Sequence record: DRR723986_833
Length of the DNA stretch: 64,000 nucleotides
Direction: 5' to 3' (one strand)
Positions 30,205 through 38,766 of the stretch are shown here, piece after piece. A program made the position numbers and the translations under genes. How positions within the stretch are numbered: position 1 is the first letter of the stretch; each line of letters starts with the position of its first letter. The notes beneath the pieces are model-generated. The model had not been told where the DNA came from, made no database searches, and saw nothing but the letters and a program-made list of their open reading frames with translations.

Positions 30205-32463
30205 ATGTCCACCGAGCTAAATCAGCCTTGGTATGAGCGCGCCATTGCCGGAGTAGATCGCCGGCATTTCGTCAATAACAGTCAAGCTGACCTGGTCGTC
30301 GGGCGCAGCATTCCCCCAAAAGACCTGGTTGCCCGCAGCTTAGCCTTGCTCACCCTGCCGGAAAAGGCCCGCGTGCTTCATCTGGGGGCGGGTGTGGGAT
30401 ATGCCACGGCGGTGTTGGCCCAGATTGCCGATCGCGTGATTGCTATCGAAAGCAATCCTGCGCTGGCCGAGATTGCTAAACAGAAGTTGGCCGCGTTAGA
30501 TGCGAGCAATGTTGAACTGCGCGTTGGCGACGCCAGTGCCGGGGCACCTGAGGACGGCCCTTTTGATGTAATTTGGGTGTCGACGCCGGCGATTACGGAA
30601 CGTGAATCCCTGTGGGAGCAGCTCGCTGAGCGCGGCCAGTTTCTCTGCATGGAAATGGGTGAAGCCTCGCGGTTGGTGCTGGTGAAGTACCAGAACCGGG
30701 GACATCATAAAATCGCGCGCACCGAACATGGCTATGTCGATATCGCTCCGACGGAAGACCAGATATTTGTCGAGCTCGGCATGGTAACGCCTGAGGTGCT
30801 GGCACAGGCGAGGGCGCAGGCGGAAAAAAATAACAGCTTGATTGTCGATGAAATCAGCAAGCTGCAACACCTTGATGAATTAAAGCTATATCGCTCAATG
30901 GCTAAGCAGTGTGGCCTGCCGTTGCAAAGCATGGAGCAACTGCTCAGTAAAGTTGATCCCCGGGTTTTTTCGCGGTTTTCACAGGCATTTCTGGATAATT
31001 TGCAGGCCATTCCCCTGTGTGTTGAGCGCGGGCGTTTGCTGGTTGCCTGCACACGGCCAGGCACCTCGATGCGCGAAATTCAGCTGGTTTTTCCCGAGTT
31101 AAAAATCGAGAAAATACTGGTTACCCCCGTTGATTATCGACGCTTGTGGAGCTCGCTAACACGCGGCGCGAAAGGGGGGGAAGATGCTGGTGAGCAAGAA
31201 CGACCGTCTGACGACAAGACCGATAAAGACCTACTGGACAGCGAGACCGGTGAACCTGATGCGCGCCTGGTCGCCGTCTATGAGGCGCTGCTGCTTGACG
31301 CTGTCGCGGACCGCGCCAGTGATATTCACTTAGAAAAATACCGAGACCGGGTGCGGGTACGGCTGCGGGTGGACGGCGAGTTGCGTGATTTGCACCACTA
31401 CCAGATTAGTGCTGCGGGCTATCGCGGTTTAGTCAATGTGGTGAAACTTCGCGCCGAAATGAACATTGCCGAGCGGCGTTTGCCCCAGGGCGGTCGGTCG
31501 CAGGTGCGGGTAGGGGACGCGCGTTTCGATTTGCGGGTTCAGGTGCAGCCCTCGCTGCACGGCGAGCACGTGGTTATCCGTTTGCTGCCGCAAAATTCGC
31601 CGCTGATCAGCATCGACAGATTGGGGATGTCGCCGCTGGTGGCAGGGCACTATCGCCGCTTGCTGAACAACCCCGCAGGTTTGGTGTTGGTGGTGGGGCC
31701 AACCGGGTCGGGTAAAAGCACCACCTTAAATGCCGGCCTGCAGATGCTTGCCGACGATGCGCGGCGAAAAGTCATTACCGTGGAAGACCCCATCGAGTAC
31801 TCCATTGACGACATTCAGCAGACGCGTGTGCGGCCCGAGATTGGTTTCAGTTTCGCCGATGCGATGCGCTCCTTTGTGCGTCAGGATCCCGATGTCATTT
31901 TGGTGGGAGAAATTCGCGACCACGAGACGGCGCTGGAGTCGATACGCGCTTCGCAGACGGGGCATGTTGTCCTGTCCACACTGCATTGCAACGATGCCAT
32001 TGATGCCGTTCAGCGTTTATTTGATCTCAATGTGCACCCCAACTCGCTGGCAAGCGAGTTGCTCGCAGTGATTGCCCAGCGCCTGGCGAAACGTATTTGC
32101 CCGCATTGTAAATACGAGGCGGAGCCCGAGCCGGACATACTCAAGGAACTCTTTCCCGGCGACGCGCCCAAGCACTTTCGTAGCTACAAAGGCAAAGGTT
32201 GTGAGCGCTGTCATGGCAGTGGCACGCACGGGCGGGTGGCAGTGGTCGAGTATTTACAACTGAACGCTGAGCTGCGCGACAGTATTTCCCGCGGTCGTCC
32301 TGTGGGTGAGCTGCGTGCTCAGGCGCTGGATTCAGGGTTGATCACGATGCGTGACTCCGCTCTCGACCACGTAATTGCCGGCAACATCCCTTTGTCTGAA
32401 TTACCCCGTATTTTGCCGGAGGAGCGTATGGCACCGGAGAAGCGCGGCCAGTGGCAACGCTAA
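30205..32463 (+). CDS. Fusion of PIMT/Pcm-like methyltransferase domain, MshEN-like domain and GspE/PilB secretion ATPase
   Basis: N-term VLHLGAGVGY..AVLA, GDA..G.P..GPFDVI, EQL; C-term ASDIHLE, GPTGSGKST, TVEDPIEY, RQDPDVILVGEIRD, TGH.VLSTLH, CPHC...CERC. Confidence 0.85.
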   Translation: MSTELNQPWYERAIAGVDRRHFVNNSQADLVVGRSIPPKDLVARSLALLTLPEKARVLHLGAGVGYATAVLAQIADRVIAIESNPALAEIAKQKLAALDASNVELRVGDASAGAPEDGPFDVIWVSTPAITERESLWEQLAERGQFLCMEMGEASRLVLVKYQNRGHHKIARTEHGYVDIAPTEDQIFVELGMVTPEVLAQARAQAEKNNSLIVDEISKLQHLDELKLYRSMAKQCGLPLQSMEQLLSKVDPRVFSRFSQAFLDNLQAIPLCVERGRLLVACTRPGTSMREIQLVFPELKIEKILVTPVDYRRLWSSLTRGAKGGEDAGEQERPSDDKTDKDLLDSETGEPDARLVAVYEALLLDAVADRASDIHLEKYRDRVRVRLRVDGELRDLHHYQISAAGYRGLVNVVKLRAEMNIAERRLPQGGRSQVRVGDARFDLRVQVQPSLHGEHVVIRLLPQNSPLISIDRLGMSPLVAGHYRRLLNNPAGLVLVVGPTGSGKSTTLNAGLQMLADDARRKVITVEDPIEYSIDDIQQTRVRPEIGFSFADAMRSFVRQDPDVILVGEIRDHETALESIRASQTGHVVLSTLHCNDAIDAVQRLFDLNVHPNSLASELLAVIAQRLAKRICPHCKYEAEPEPDILKELFPGDAPKHFRSYKGKGCERCHGSGTHGRVAVVEYLQLNAELRDSISRGRPVGELRAQALDSGLITMRDSALDHVIAGNIPLSELPRILPEERMAPEKRGQWQR

Positions 32464-32478
32464 TTGCGAGGACCAGCA

Positions 32479-33570
32479 ATGACTGAAAAATCAATTCAAC
32501 GCCCGGCGGCAGAGGATGCCTACCGCGATGAGCTTGCGCTGTTAAAGCAGCGGGATCAGGGGCCGGTGCCGCCCGGTTGGTGCCTGTCTCCCTACGCCGT
32601 TGAGCAATTTATAATGGGAGATGCCGAGTTAGGTATCGAGCGTAAGTTTGTCGCGCCCCAGGCGCTGCTTAGCCGCGTGATTATTTCGTTGGCCACCAAC
32701 CGAGGAGTCATGTTGATTGGCGAGCCGGGCACGGCTAAGTCTTGGTTGTCAGAGCTATTGGCCTGTGCCATCTCTGGCCATTCCAAACTAACGATTCAGG
32801 GCGGTGCGATCTCTGATTACCGCCAGCTACTCTACGATTGGAATCAGGCCATTTTGCGGCGCGATGGCCCGTGTCGTGAGGCCTTGATTCCGGGGCCTAT
32901 TTATCGCGGGATGGCAGCCGGGCAATTGGTGCGCTTTGAGGAATTGGCGCGTTGCCCGCAGGCGGTGCAAGACGCCATCCTATCGGTAATGTCTGAGCGG
33001 CAAATGCAGATTCCCGAACTGGAAGGAGAGGATGCGACGCTCTATGCGCGCGAGGGTTTCAATATTATCGCCAGCTCTAACTCTCTGGATCGCGGCCTGT
33101 TTGATATGAGTGCGGCACTGAAACGCCGGATGAATTTTGAGACCATCGCGGCGATTAATGACCTTGCCGATGAAATGGATGTTGTCCAGCGCGAGGCGGG
33201 GAAATTACTTCGCGGCAGTGGTGTCTCGATGGATATCGAGCCGATGATCGTCGAGATGCTGGTAACGGTATTTCACGAACTTCGCAACGGTCAAACTCTG
33301 AGTGGCCGCAGTACTGACCGTCTCGCGGCGGCGGTAATGTCCACCGCGGAAGCGGTTTCGGTGTTGCATGCAATGGCGGTATACGCCTATTACTACCGCG
33401 ATGGTGTTATGCAACCAGCCGACTTGATCCACTTCCTGCTGGGCGCGGCGCTAAAGGACAATCCGCAAGACCGGCGGCGCGTGCGCCATTACTTCGAAAC
33501 AGAAGTGGTGAACAAGCAGGGCAGTCACTGGCAGGCGCTGTATGAACAGCGCCATTTACTAAAAGATTGA
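32479..33570 (+). CDS. MoxR-family AAA+ ATPase, YehL-like
   Basis: RP.AE..Y..EL..L, P.GW.LSP, Walker A GEPGTAKSWLSE, FEELARC, DRG..DMS.ALKRR, MSTAEAVSV. Confidence 0.85.
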   Translation: MTEKSIQRPAAEDAYRDELALLKQRDQGPVPPGWCLSPYAVEQFIMGDAELGIERKFVAPQALLSRVIISLATNRGVMLIGEPGTAKSWLSELLACAISGHSKLTIQGGAISDYRQLLYDWNQAILRRDGPCREALIPGPIYRGMAAGQLVRFEELARCPQAVQDAILSVMSERQMQIPELEGEDATLYAREGFNIIASSNSLDRGLFDMSAALKRRMNFETIAAINDLADEMDVVQREAGKLLRGSGVSMDIEPMIVEMLVTVFHELRNGQTLSGRSTDRLAAAVMSTAEAVSVLHAMAVYAYYYRDGVMQPADLIHFLLGAALKDNPQDRRRVRHYFETEVVNKQGSHWQALYEQRHLLKD

Positions 33571-33616
33571 TCGAGCCACCACCGCTCACCGCTCCGGTGC
33601 TTGGTGGCGGCAGCGT

Positions 33617-35296
33617 TTAGCTTGCTTTTAGCTGCTCGGCATATTGGCTTTGCGCTGCGGCGTTGATAACGGCCTGTAAGGACGCACTCACCACATCGTT
33701 GTTCACCGCCACGCCGATATAGCGCTGCTTGTTAATGCTCAGCAACACGTAGGCTATCGCTTCTGACGCAGTGCCTGATTTCAGGGCGTGCTCGCTGTAG
33801 TCAATCACTTCCACCGCGTCGCCATAGCGCTGTTGCCAGGCATCGGTCAGAGCACTGATCGCGCCATCGCCTTCACCTTCTAGGGAAACCGCTTGGCCGT
33901 TGATATGGGTGACCAGCTTGAGCCGGTCGTGACCGTGATGACTGGCATTGTCCTGACTAATGGAGAAATTCTGCAGTGACTGCTGCCCCTCAGGCTGAAG
34001 GTAACTGGCGGCGAAGACCGACCAGATCTCGGCTGCACTGAGCTCTCCCGATTGGGCCTCGGCTTCGGCCTGTACTTTTCGGCTGGCGTCAATTTGCAGC
34101 CAGCGCGGCATATGCAGGCCGTAGTCGTTCTCAAGCACCCAGGCGACACCGCCCTTGCCAGACTGGCTGTTAATCCGTATCACAGCCTCGTAGTTGCGAC
34201 CCAGGTCAGCCGGATCAATAGGCAAGTAGGCAACGTCCCACTGAGCATCTTTGTCCTGCTGGGCGAGGCATTTTTTTATCGCATCTTGATGGCTGCCCGA
34301 GAACGCCGTGAACACCAACTCGCCGGCGTAAGGGTGGCGGGGGTGCAAGGGAATCGCTGTGCAGTGCTCAACCACCGAGATGATTTCGTCCATATCGGAG
34401 AGGTTCAGCTTGGGGTCAATGCCCTGGCTATACAGATTCATCGCCATAGTGACGACATCCATATTGCCGGTGCGCTCGCCATTGCCAAGCAAGGTGCCCT
34501 CAATGCGGTCGGCGCCTGCCATCAATGCCAGTTCGGCAGCCGCAACCCCGCAGCCGCGATCATTGTGAGTATGAATCGACACCCGGTAGTCTGCGCGGTA
34601 CTGACTGTGGCGGCAGAAGTACTCGACCTGGTCGGCGAATACATTGGGAGTGGCGCATTCTACGGTCGCGGGCAAATTGACGATGAGAGGTTTACCACTG
34701 TCACGCCACTGAGCGATAACCGCATCGCAGACCTCAACGGCGTAGTCGACTTCGGTACTGCTAAAACTTTCGGGTGAGTATTGAAAGGTCCACTGGGTTT
34801 GCGGGTAGCGCTCAGCGTATTCCCGAACCCATTTCGCCCCTTGAACGGCGATGGCTGTAATACCCGCTTTGTCGAGACCAAATACCCGTTCGCGCTGCAC
34901 GGGGCTGGTGGAGTTGTAAACATGGACAATGGCGCGCTTGGCACCCTCCAATGCTTCGAAGCTGCGAGCAATCAAGCTCTCGCGCGCCTGCACCAAAATT
35001 TGGATAGTGACGTCGTCAGGTATACGTTGCCCCTCTATCAAGGCGCGTACAAAGTCGAAATCGGGCTGGGATGCAGAGGGAAAGCCAACTTCAATTTCCT
35101 TAAAACCGAGCTTGACCAGCAAGTCCCACATACGCAGTTTTTGTTGCACGGTCATCGGTTCAACCAGGGCTTGGTTGCCATCGCGCAGATCAACTGAACA
35201 CCAATCGGGGGCGCGATCGATAACGCGGCTTGGCCACTGTCGATCATCTAAGGCGATGGTGGGGGTGGGGCGGTATTTGCTGTGGTCAAAAGTCAT
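33617..35296 (-). CDS. leuA: 2-isopropylmalate synthase (LeuA type 2)
   Basis: WCSVDLRDGNQAL, YSPESF, NLPATVE, HTHNDRG, GNGERTGN, AFSGSHQDAI, NSQSGKGG. Confidence 0.95.
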   Translation of the reverse strand: MTFDHSKYRPTPTIALDDRQWPSRVIDRAPDWCSVDLRDGNQALVEPMTVQQKLRMWDLLVKLGFKEIEVGFPSASQPDFDFVRALIEGQRIPDDVTIQILVQARESLIARSFEALEGAKRAIVHVYNSTSPVQRERVFGLDKAGITAIAVQGAKWVREYAERYPQTQWTFQYSPESFSSTEVDYAVEVCDAVIAQWRDSGKPLIVNLPATVECATPNVFADQVEYFCRHSQYRADYRVSIHTHNDRGCGVAAAELALMAGADRIEGTLLGNGERTGNMDVVTMAMNLYSQGIDPKLNLSDMDEIISVVEHCTAIPLHPRHPYAGELVFTAFSGSHQDAIKKCLAQQDKDAQWDVAYLPIDPADLGRNYEAVIRINSQSGKGGVAWVLENDYGLHMPRWLQIDASRKVQAEAEAQSGELSAAEIWSVFAASYLQPEGQQSLQNFSISQDNASHHGHDRLKLVTHINGQAVSLEGEGDGAISALTDAWQQRYGDAVEVIDYSEHALKSGTASEAIAYVLLSINKQRYIGVAVNNDVVSASLQAVINAAAQSQYAEQLKAS

Positions 35297-35337
35297 GTCA
35301 GTTCCTGTCGTGAGGCTTGGCCTCATAGTTGTTTTTT

Positions 35338-35365
35338 AGCCCGCGGGTAGCGGGCTGTTTTTTTT
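35338..35365 (+). terminator. Intrinsic-terminator-like hairpin on + strand, antisense to the leuA leader
   Basis: AGCCCGC-gggta-GCGGGCT followed by G and T8. Confidence 0.5.
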
Positions 35366-35593
35366 CAGCCTTGTGGGCCTTTTAACGCGTCGGAGTCGCG
35401 GGGTGTTGCGGCTCGTTCGGTGAGGATGGAAGGGGTAACTTCCTGTAGTTGGGCTACGTGGAACAGTGTAGGGAAAACGGTAGGGCAGGCGATTGCGAAG
35501 TGCTGGTTAATTTGGGGTGAAAATTCTTTTTTATTGCCAATATTGCTTTTATTTTGGAATAATATTGCTATTGATCGTTATTTGGTGGTTTTT

Positions 35594-36055
35594 ATGAATA
35601 TAGATCGCTATGACAGAGCAATTTTGAGTGCCCTGCAGAATGACGCGCGCCTGAGTAACCAGGAGTTGGCTGATCATATTGGCTTGTCGCCGTCGCCCTG
35701 CTTGCGGCGGGTGCGGCGCCTGGAGGAAAGTGGCTTAATTGAAGGTTACCGGGCCCTGCTCAATGCCCGCCAACTGCAACTTAAGTTGATGGCCTTCATC
35801 CATATCAGCATGGACAAGCACACGCCTGAGCGCTTTGAGAATTTTGAGAAGAAAGTGGCCAATTGCGACGCAGTATTGGAGTGCCACCTGATTACCGGCC
35901 AGGATGCCGACTACCTGCTAAAAGTGATCGTCGAAGATATGGACGGGTTTCAGGCCCTGTTGCTGGAACAGATTACTCGAATAGAAGGCGTAAGCGGCGT
36001 ACACTCGAGCTTTGTAATGAAGTCGCCAATCAGTAAAACGGCGCTACCTATTTAG
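35594..36055 (+). CDS. Lrp/AsnC family regulator, divergent from leuA
   Basis: DRYDRAIL..LQ.DAR.SN.ELA..IGLSPSPCLRRV, ECHLITG..ADYLLKV. Confidence 0.93.
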   Translation: MNIDRYDRAILSALQNDARLSNQELADHIGLSPSPCLRRVRRLEESGLIEGYRALLNARQLQLKLMAFIHISMDKHTPERFENFEKKVANCDAVLECHLITGQDADYLLKVIVEDMDGFQALLLEQITRIEGVSGVHSSFVMKSPISKTALPI

Positions 36056-36080
36056 CGTAAAATGACGAAGGGGTGATGAT

Positions 36081-36446
36081 ATGGGCGGTCAGTTTATTGC
36101 TTCGCTTGAAGAGGTGAAGGACGGTGAATTTCTCAAGCGGGAAGTCGATGGCAAAAAGGTATTGCTAACCCGTGTGAACGGGCAAATCGCCGCTGTCGAA
36201 AACCGCTGCCCGCACCTGGGCTTGCCGCTGGCGAAAGGGGAGATTTGTGACGGCGCGGTTACCTGCCCTTTTCACGGTAGCCGCTTTGATTTGCTCAGTG
36301 GTGAGAACCTGGATTGGACGCACTCATTCTTTGGGGCAGAGCTGCCTAAATGGAGTCATAAGCTGATTGCATTGGGTAAAGCCCCGCAAGATCTACATAC
36401 CTTTGATATCGAGTGTGTTGATGGTGCGGTGTATCTGCGCGGGTAA
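36081..36446 (+). CDS. Rieske [2Fe-2S] ferredoxin-like protein
   Basis: NRCPH and CPFHGSRFD Rieske motifs. Confidence 0.9.
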   Translation: MGGQFIASLEEVKDGEFLKREVDGKKVLLTRVNGQIAAVENRCPHLGLPLAKGEICDGAVTCPFHGSRFDLLSGENLDWTHSFFGAELPKWSHKLIALGKAPQDLHTFDIECVDGAVYLRG

Positions 36447-36484
36447 GGTATGTTGTGCTTTTTGTGTAAGGGCTTGAGATAGTA

Positions 36485-36922
36485 ATGGCGGTAGATATTT
36501 CCGTTGTCCCGATTACCCATGCCATTCAGCAGGCGGTTGCGCCGGTTTTTTTGCTGGCGGGCATCGGTGCAATATTAAATGTGCTCACCAATCGCTTAGC
36601 CAGGATTATTGACCGGTCGCGTAATTTGCACGCCAGGCTCGAGATGGTGGGGCGGGAGAAATCTGAGACAATACACGCTGAGTTGGTTGTGCTCACCAAG
36701 CGCGCTCGGGTGGTTAATCGCGCTATTGGCTATGGCACGGTGAGTGCCTTGCTGGTGTGTACGGTGATTGCGACGCTGTTTATCAGTGCTGTGGGCGAAT
36801 GGAATAGCGGTATGTTTGTCGTCGCGCTGTTTGTGTTGGCAATGTTGTTTCTTATTGTTTCGCTTTTGAGTTTCTTGCGAGAGATTCAAATGGCGATGAA
36901 AGTGATCCTCAACGGGCCGTGA
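36485..36922 (+). CDS. DUF2721-like membrane protein
   Basis: APVFLL.GIGA.LNVL.NRLARIIDR.R and FLREI motifs. Confidence 0.7.
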   Translation: MAVDISVVPITHAIQQAVAPVFLLAGIGAILNVLTNRLARIIDRSRNLHARLEMVGREKSETIHAELVVLTKRARVVNRAIGYGTVSALLVCTVIATLFISAVGEWNSGMFVVALFVLAMLFLIVSLLSFLREIQMAMKVILNGP

Positions 36923-36947
36923 CGACGCCAGCGCTTTTTACTGTCGC

Positions 36948-37352
36948 TTACGCGTCTTTGTTGTCGGGCGCTTCGGCCCGCGGAACCTGGTGTTGTTTGC
37001 TAACCTTCTGCAGCATAAATACAGGGTAGTGCTTGCGAATATAGGTTTGTTCGCGAAACAGCTGCCCAACATCCAGGCTTTTGTCGAGGGCAATTGCCAA
37101 ACCGTCACTGTCTTGCCGAATAGCCACACCTTCAGCTTCCAGCGTTTTTCCGTCATGAAAGATAATGACGCCGCTGAGCCGGGTGGAGATGGCTAAGTCG
37201 GGCTCATTGACCGCCGCGATTTTTAGCCCCTTTTCTGAGACATCAATGACCGAGTAGCGCTGACCGGAGTGCGCGTGAAAGGGGGGCTGTTCATTATCTG
37301 GGTAGGGCACCCGGAAATACCGTCGCTGGCTAGGCGGCTTTTGTTCGCTCAT
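36948..37352 (-). CDS. PilZ domain protein (c-di-GMP receptor candidate)
   Basis: QRRYFR (RxxxR) and DVSEKG (DxSxxG) motifs. Confidence 0.8.
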   Translation of the reverse strand: MSEQKPPSQRRYFRVPYPDNEQPPFHAHSGQRYSVIDVSEKGLKIAAVNEPDLAISTRLSGVIIFHDGKTLEAEGVAIRQDSDGLAIALDKSLDVGQLFREQTYIRKHYPVFMLQKVSKQHQVPRAEAPDNKDA

Positions 37353-37458
37353 TGCGTTTTCCCTTCATCTCTGAGCATGAGCATAGCAGAAACCGTATCC
37401 GGCAGCGTGCGACAGCGGTTTACAGAATTTATTTACTTTTATTATTTGGAGAAAATCT

Positions 37459-38739
37459 ATGACCGACAAAATCGTCATTGTGGGAGGTGGCGCCGGAGGC
37501 CTGCCGCTGGCAAGTAGCCTGGGTAAAAAACTGGGGCGCTGGGGCCGTGCAGAAATCACACTGGTGGATAATTCTGCCAGCCATATCTGGAAACCTCGCT
37601 TCCACGAGGTGGCCACGGGCGCGATTGATGCAGACTTAGACGCGGTGGATTATCGAGCCCATGCCCGACGCAACCACTACCATTTTGCCTTGGGCAAGAT
37701 GCAGAGCGTGGACAGGGAGAACAAGCAGTTGGTGTTGGCGCCTCATTGCAATGCAGCGGGCGAGGAAGTCTTGCCTGAGCGGCGACTGGACTACGATTAT
37801 CTTGTGTTGGCAGTGGGCAGTCGCGGGAACGATTTCAACACGCCCGGTGTACGCGATTATTGCTTGTTCCTGGACAGCCGCGCGCAGGCGGACCGCTTTC
37901 ACGACCGTTTTCTCGATCTGTGTTTGCGCGCCAACCATCGCGCTGAGCCACTTTCTATCGCCATTGTTGGCGGCGGCGCAACCGGCGTTGAGTTAGCGGC
38001 GGAGATTCATCACGCCGTTGCCTTGTTGAAACTTTACGGACATGAGCAACTGGATCGCAGTCGCCTGAGGGTGGATGTTATTGAGGCGGGTCCCAGCTTG
38101 TTGCCGGTGCTTAAGCCGGCACTGGCGGCGACGGTGAAATCTGAGCTGGAGAAAATGGGGGTGAATGTTCACCTGAATACCAAGGTGAAAAGCGCTGATG
38201 CCGAAGGCTTTGTTACCGCTGACGATCAGCGCATTGATGCGGACATCCGGGTTTGGGCGGCCGGCATCAAGGCGCCATCGTTTTTGGCGGAGCTCGGTTT
38301 GGCGCACAATCGCATCAACCAGCTGATGGTTTCGTCCACCTTGCAGACCGAAGATCCCAGTATTTTCGCCATTGGGGACTGTTGCGCCTGTGAGATGTCG
38401 GAAAACAAATTTGTGCCACCGCGCGCGCAGTCTGCCCAGCAAATGGCTAAACACCTGTCCAGGAACTTGCAGCGACAAATTGCCGGCGAGGCGCTAAAAC
38501 CCTTTACTTACCGCGACCATGGTTCCCTGGTATCGCTCTCCAACTACACCGCGGTAGGGAGCCTGATGGGAAGTTTGCGTGGCGGCTCGGTATTTGTAGA
38601 GGGCTGGTTGGCGCGAATGATGTACATCAGTTTGTACCGCATGCATCAAGTCGCCCTTTATGGCTGGATCCGCACGGCGATGCTGCTGCTCGCCGGGCGT
38701 TTTAATAAACTGTGGCGCCCGCGCCTAAAACTACATTGA
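37459..38739 (+). CDS. ndh: Type II NADH:quinone oxidoreductase
   Basis: GGGAGG, HIWKP..HEVA.G, GGGATGVELAAE, PPRAQ.A.Q, D.GSLVSL. Confidence 0.92.
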   Translation: MTDKIVIVGGGAGGLPLASSLGKKLGRWGRAEITLVDNSASHIWKPRFHEVATGAIDADLDAVDYRAHARRNHYHFALGKMQSVDRENKQLVLAPHCNAAGEEVLPERRLDYDYLVLAVGSRGNDFNTPGVRDYCLFLDSRAQADRFHDRFLDLCLRANHRAEPLSIAIVGGGATGVELAAEIHHAVALLKLYGHEQLDRSRLRVDVIEAGPSLLPVLKPALAATVKSELEKMGVNVHLNTKVKSADAEGFVTADDQRIDADIRVWAAGIKAPSFLAELGLAHNRINQLMVSSTLQTEDPSIFAIGDCCACEMSENKFVPPRAQSAQQMAKHLSRNLQRQIAGEALKPFTYRDHGSLVSLSNYTAVGSLMGSLRGGSVFVEGWLARMMYISLYRMHQVALYGWIRTAMLLLAGRFNKLWRPRLKLH

Positions 38740-38766
38740 CGTAGCGCTGGCCGCTGCTGCGTCGGG

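Noticed and set aside
30110-33616. ATPase pair as a mobile element or prophage remnant
   Set aside because: No integrase, transposase, tRNA or flanking direct repeat seen, and no evident composition shift by eye
35338-35365. Classical leucine attenuator for leuA
   Set aside because: The T-tract is on the wrong strand for leuA mRNA and there is no Leu-rich leader ORF
35420-35593. N-terminal extensions from the ORF track (lrp, also 9040, 12397, 25857, 29432, 43471, 54181, 60571)
   Set aside because: Family homology and RBS position support downstream starts; the extensions cover promoter regions or neighbouring genes
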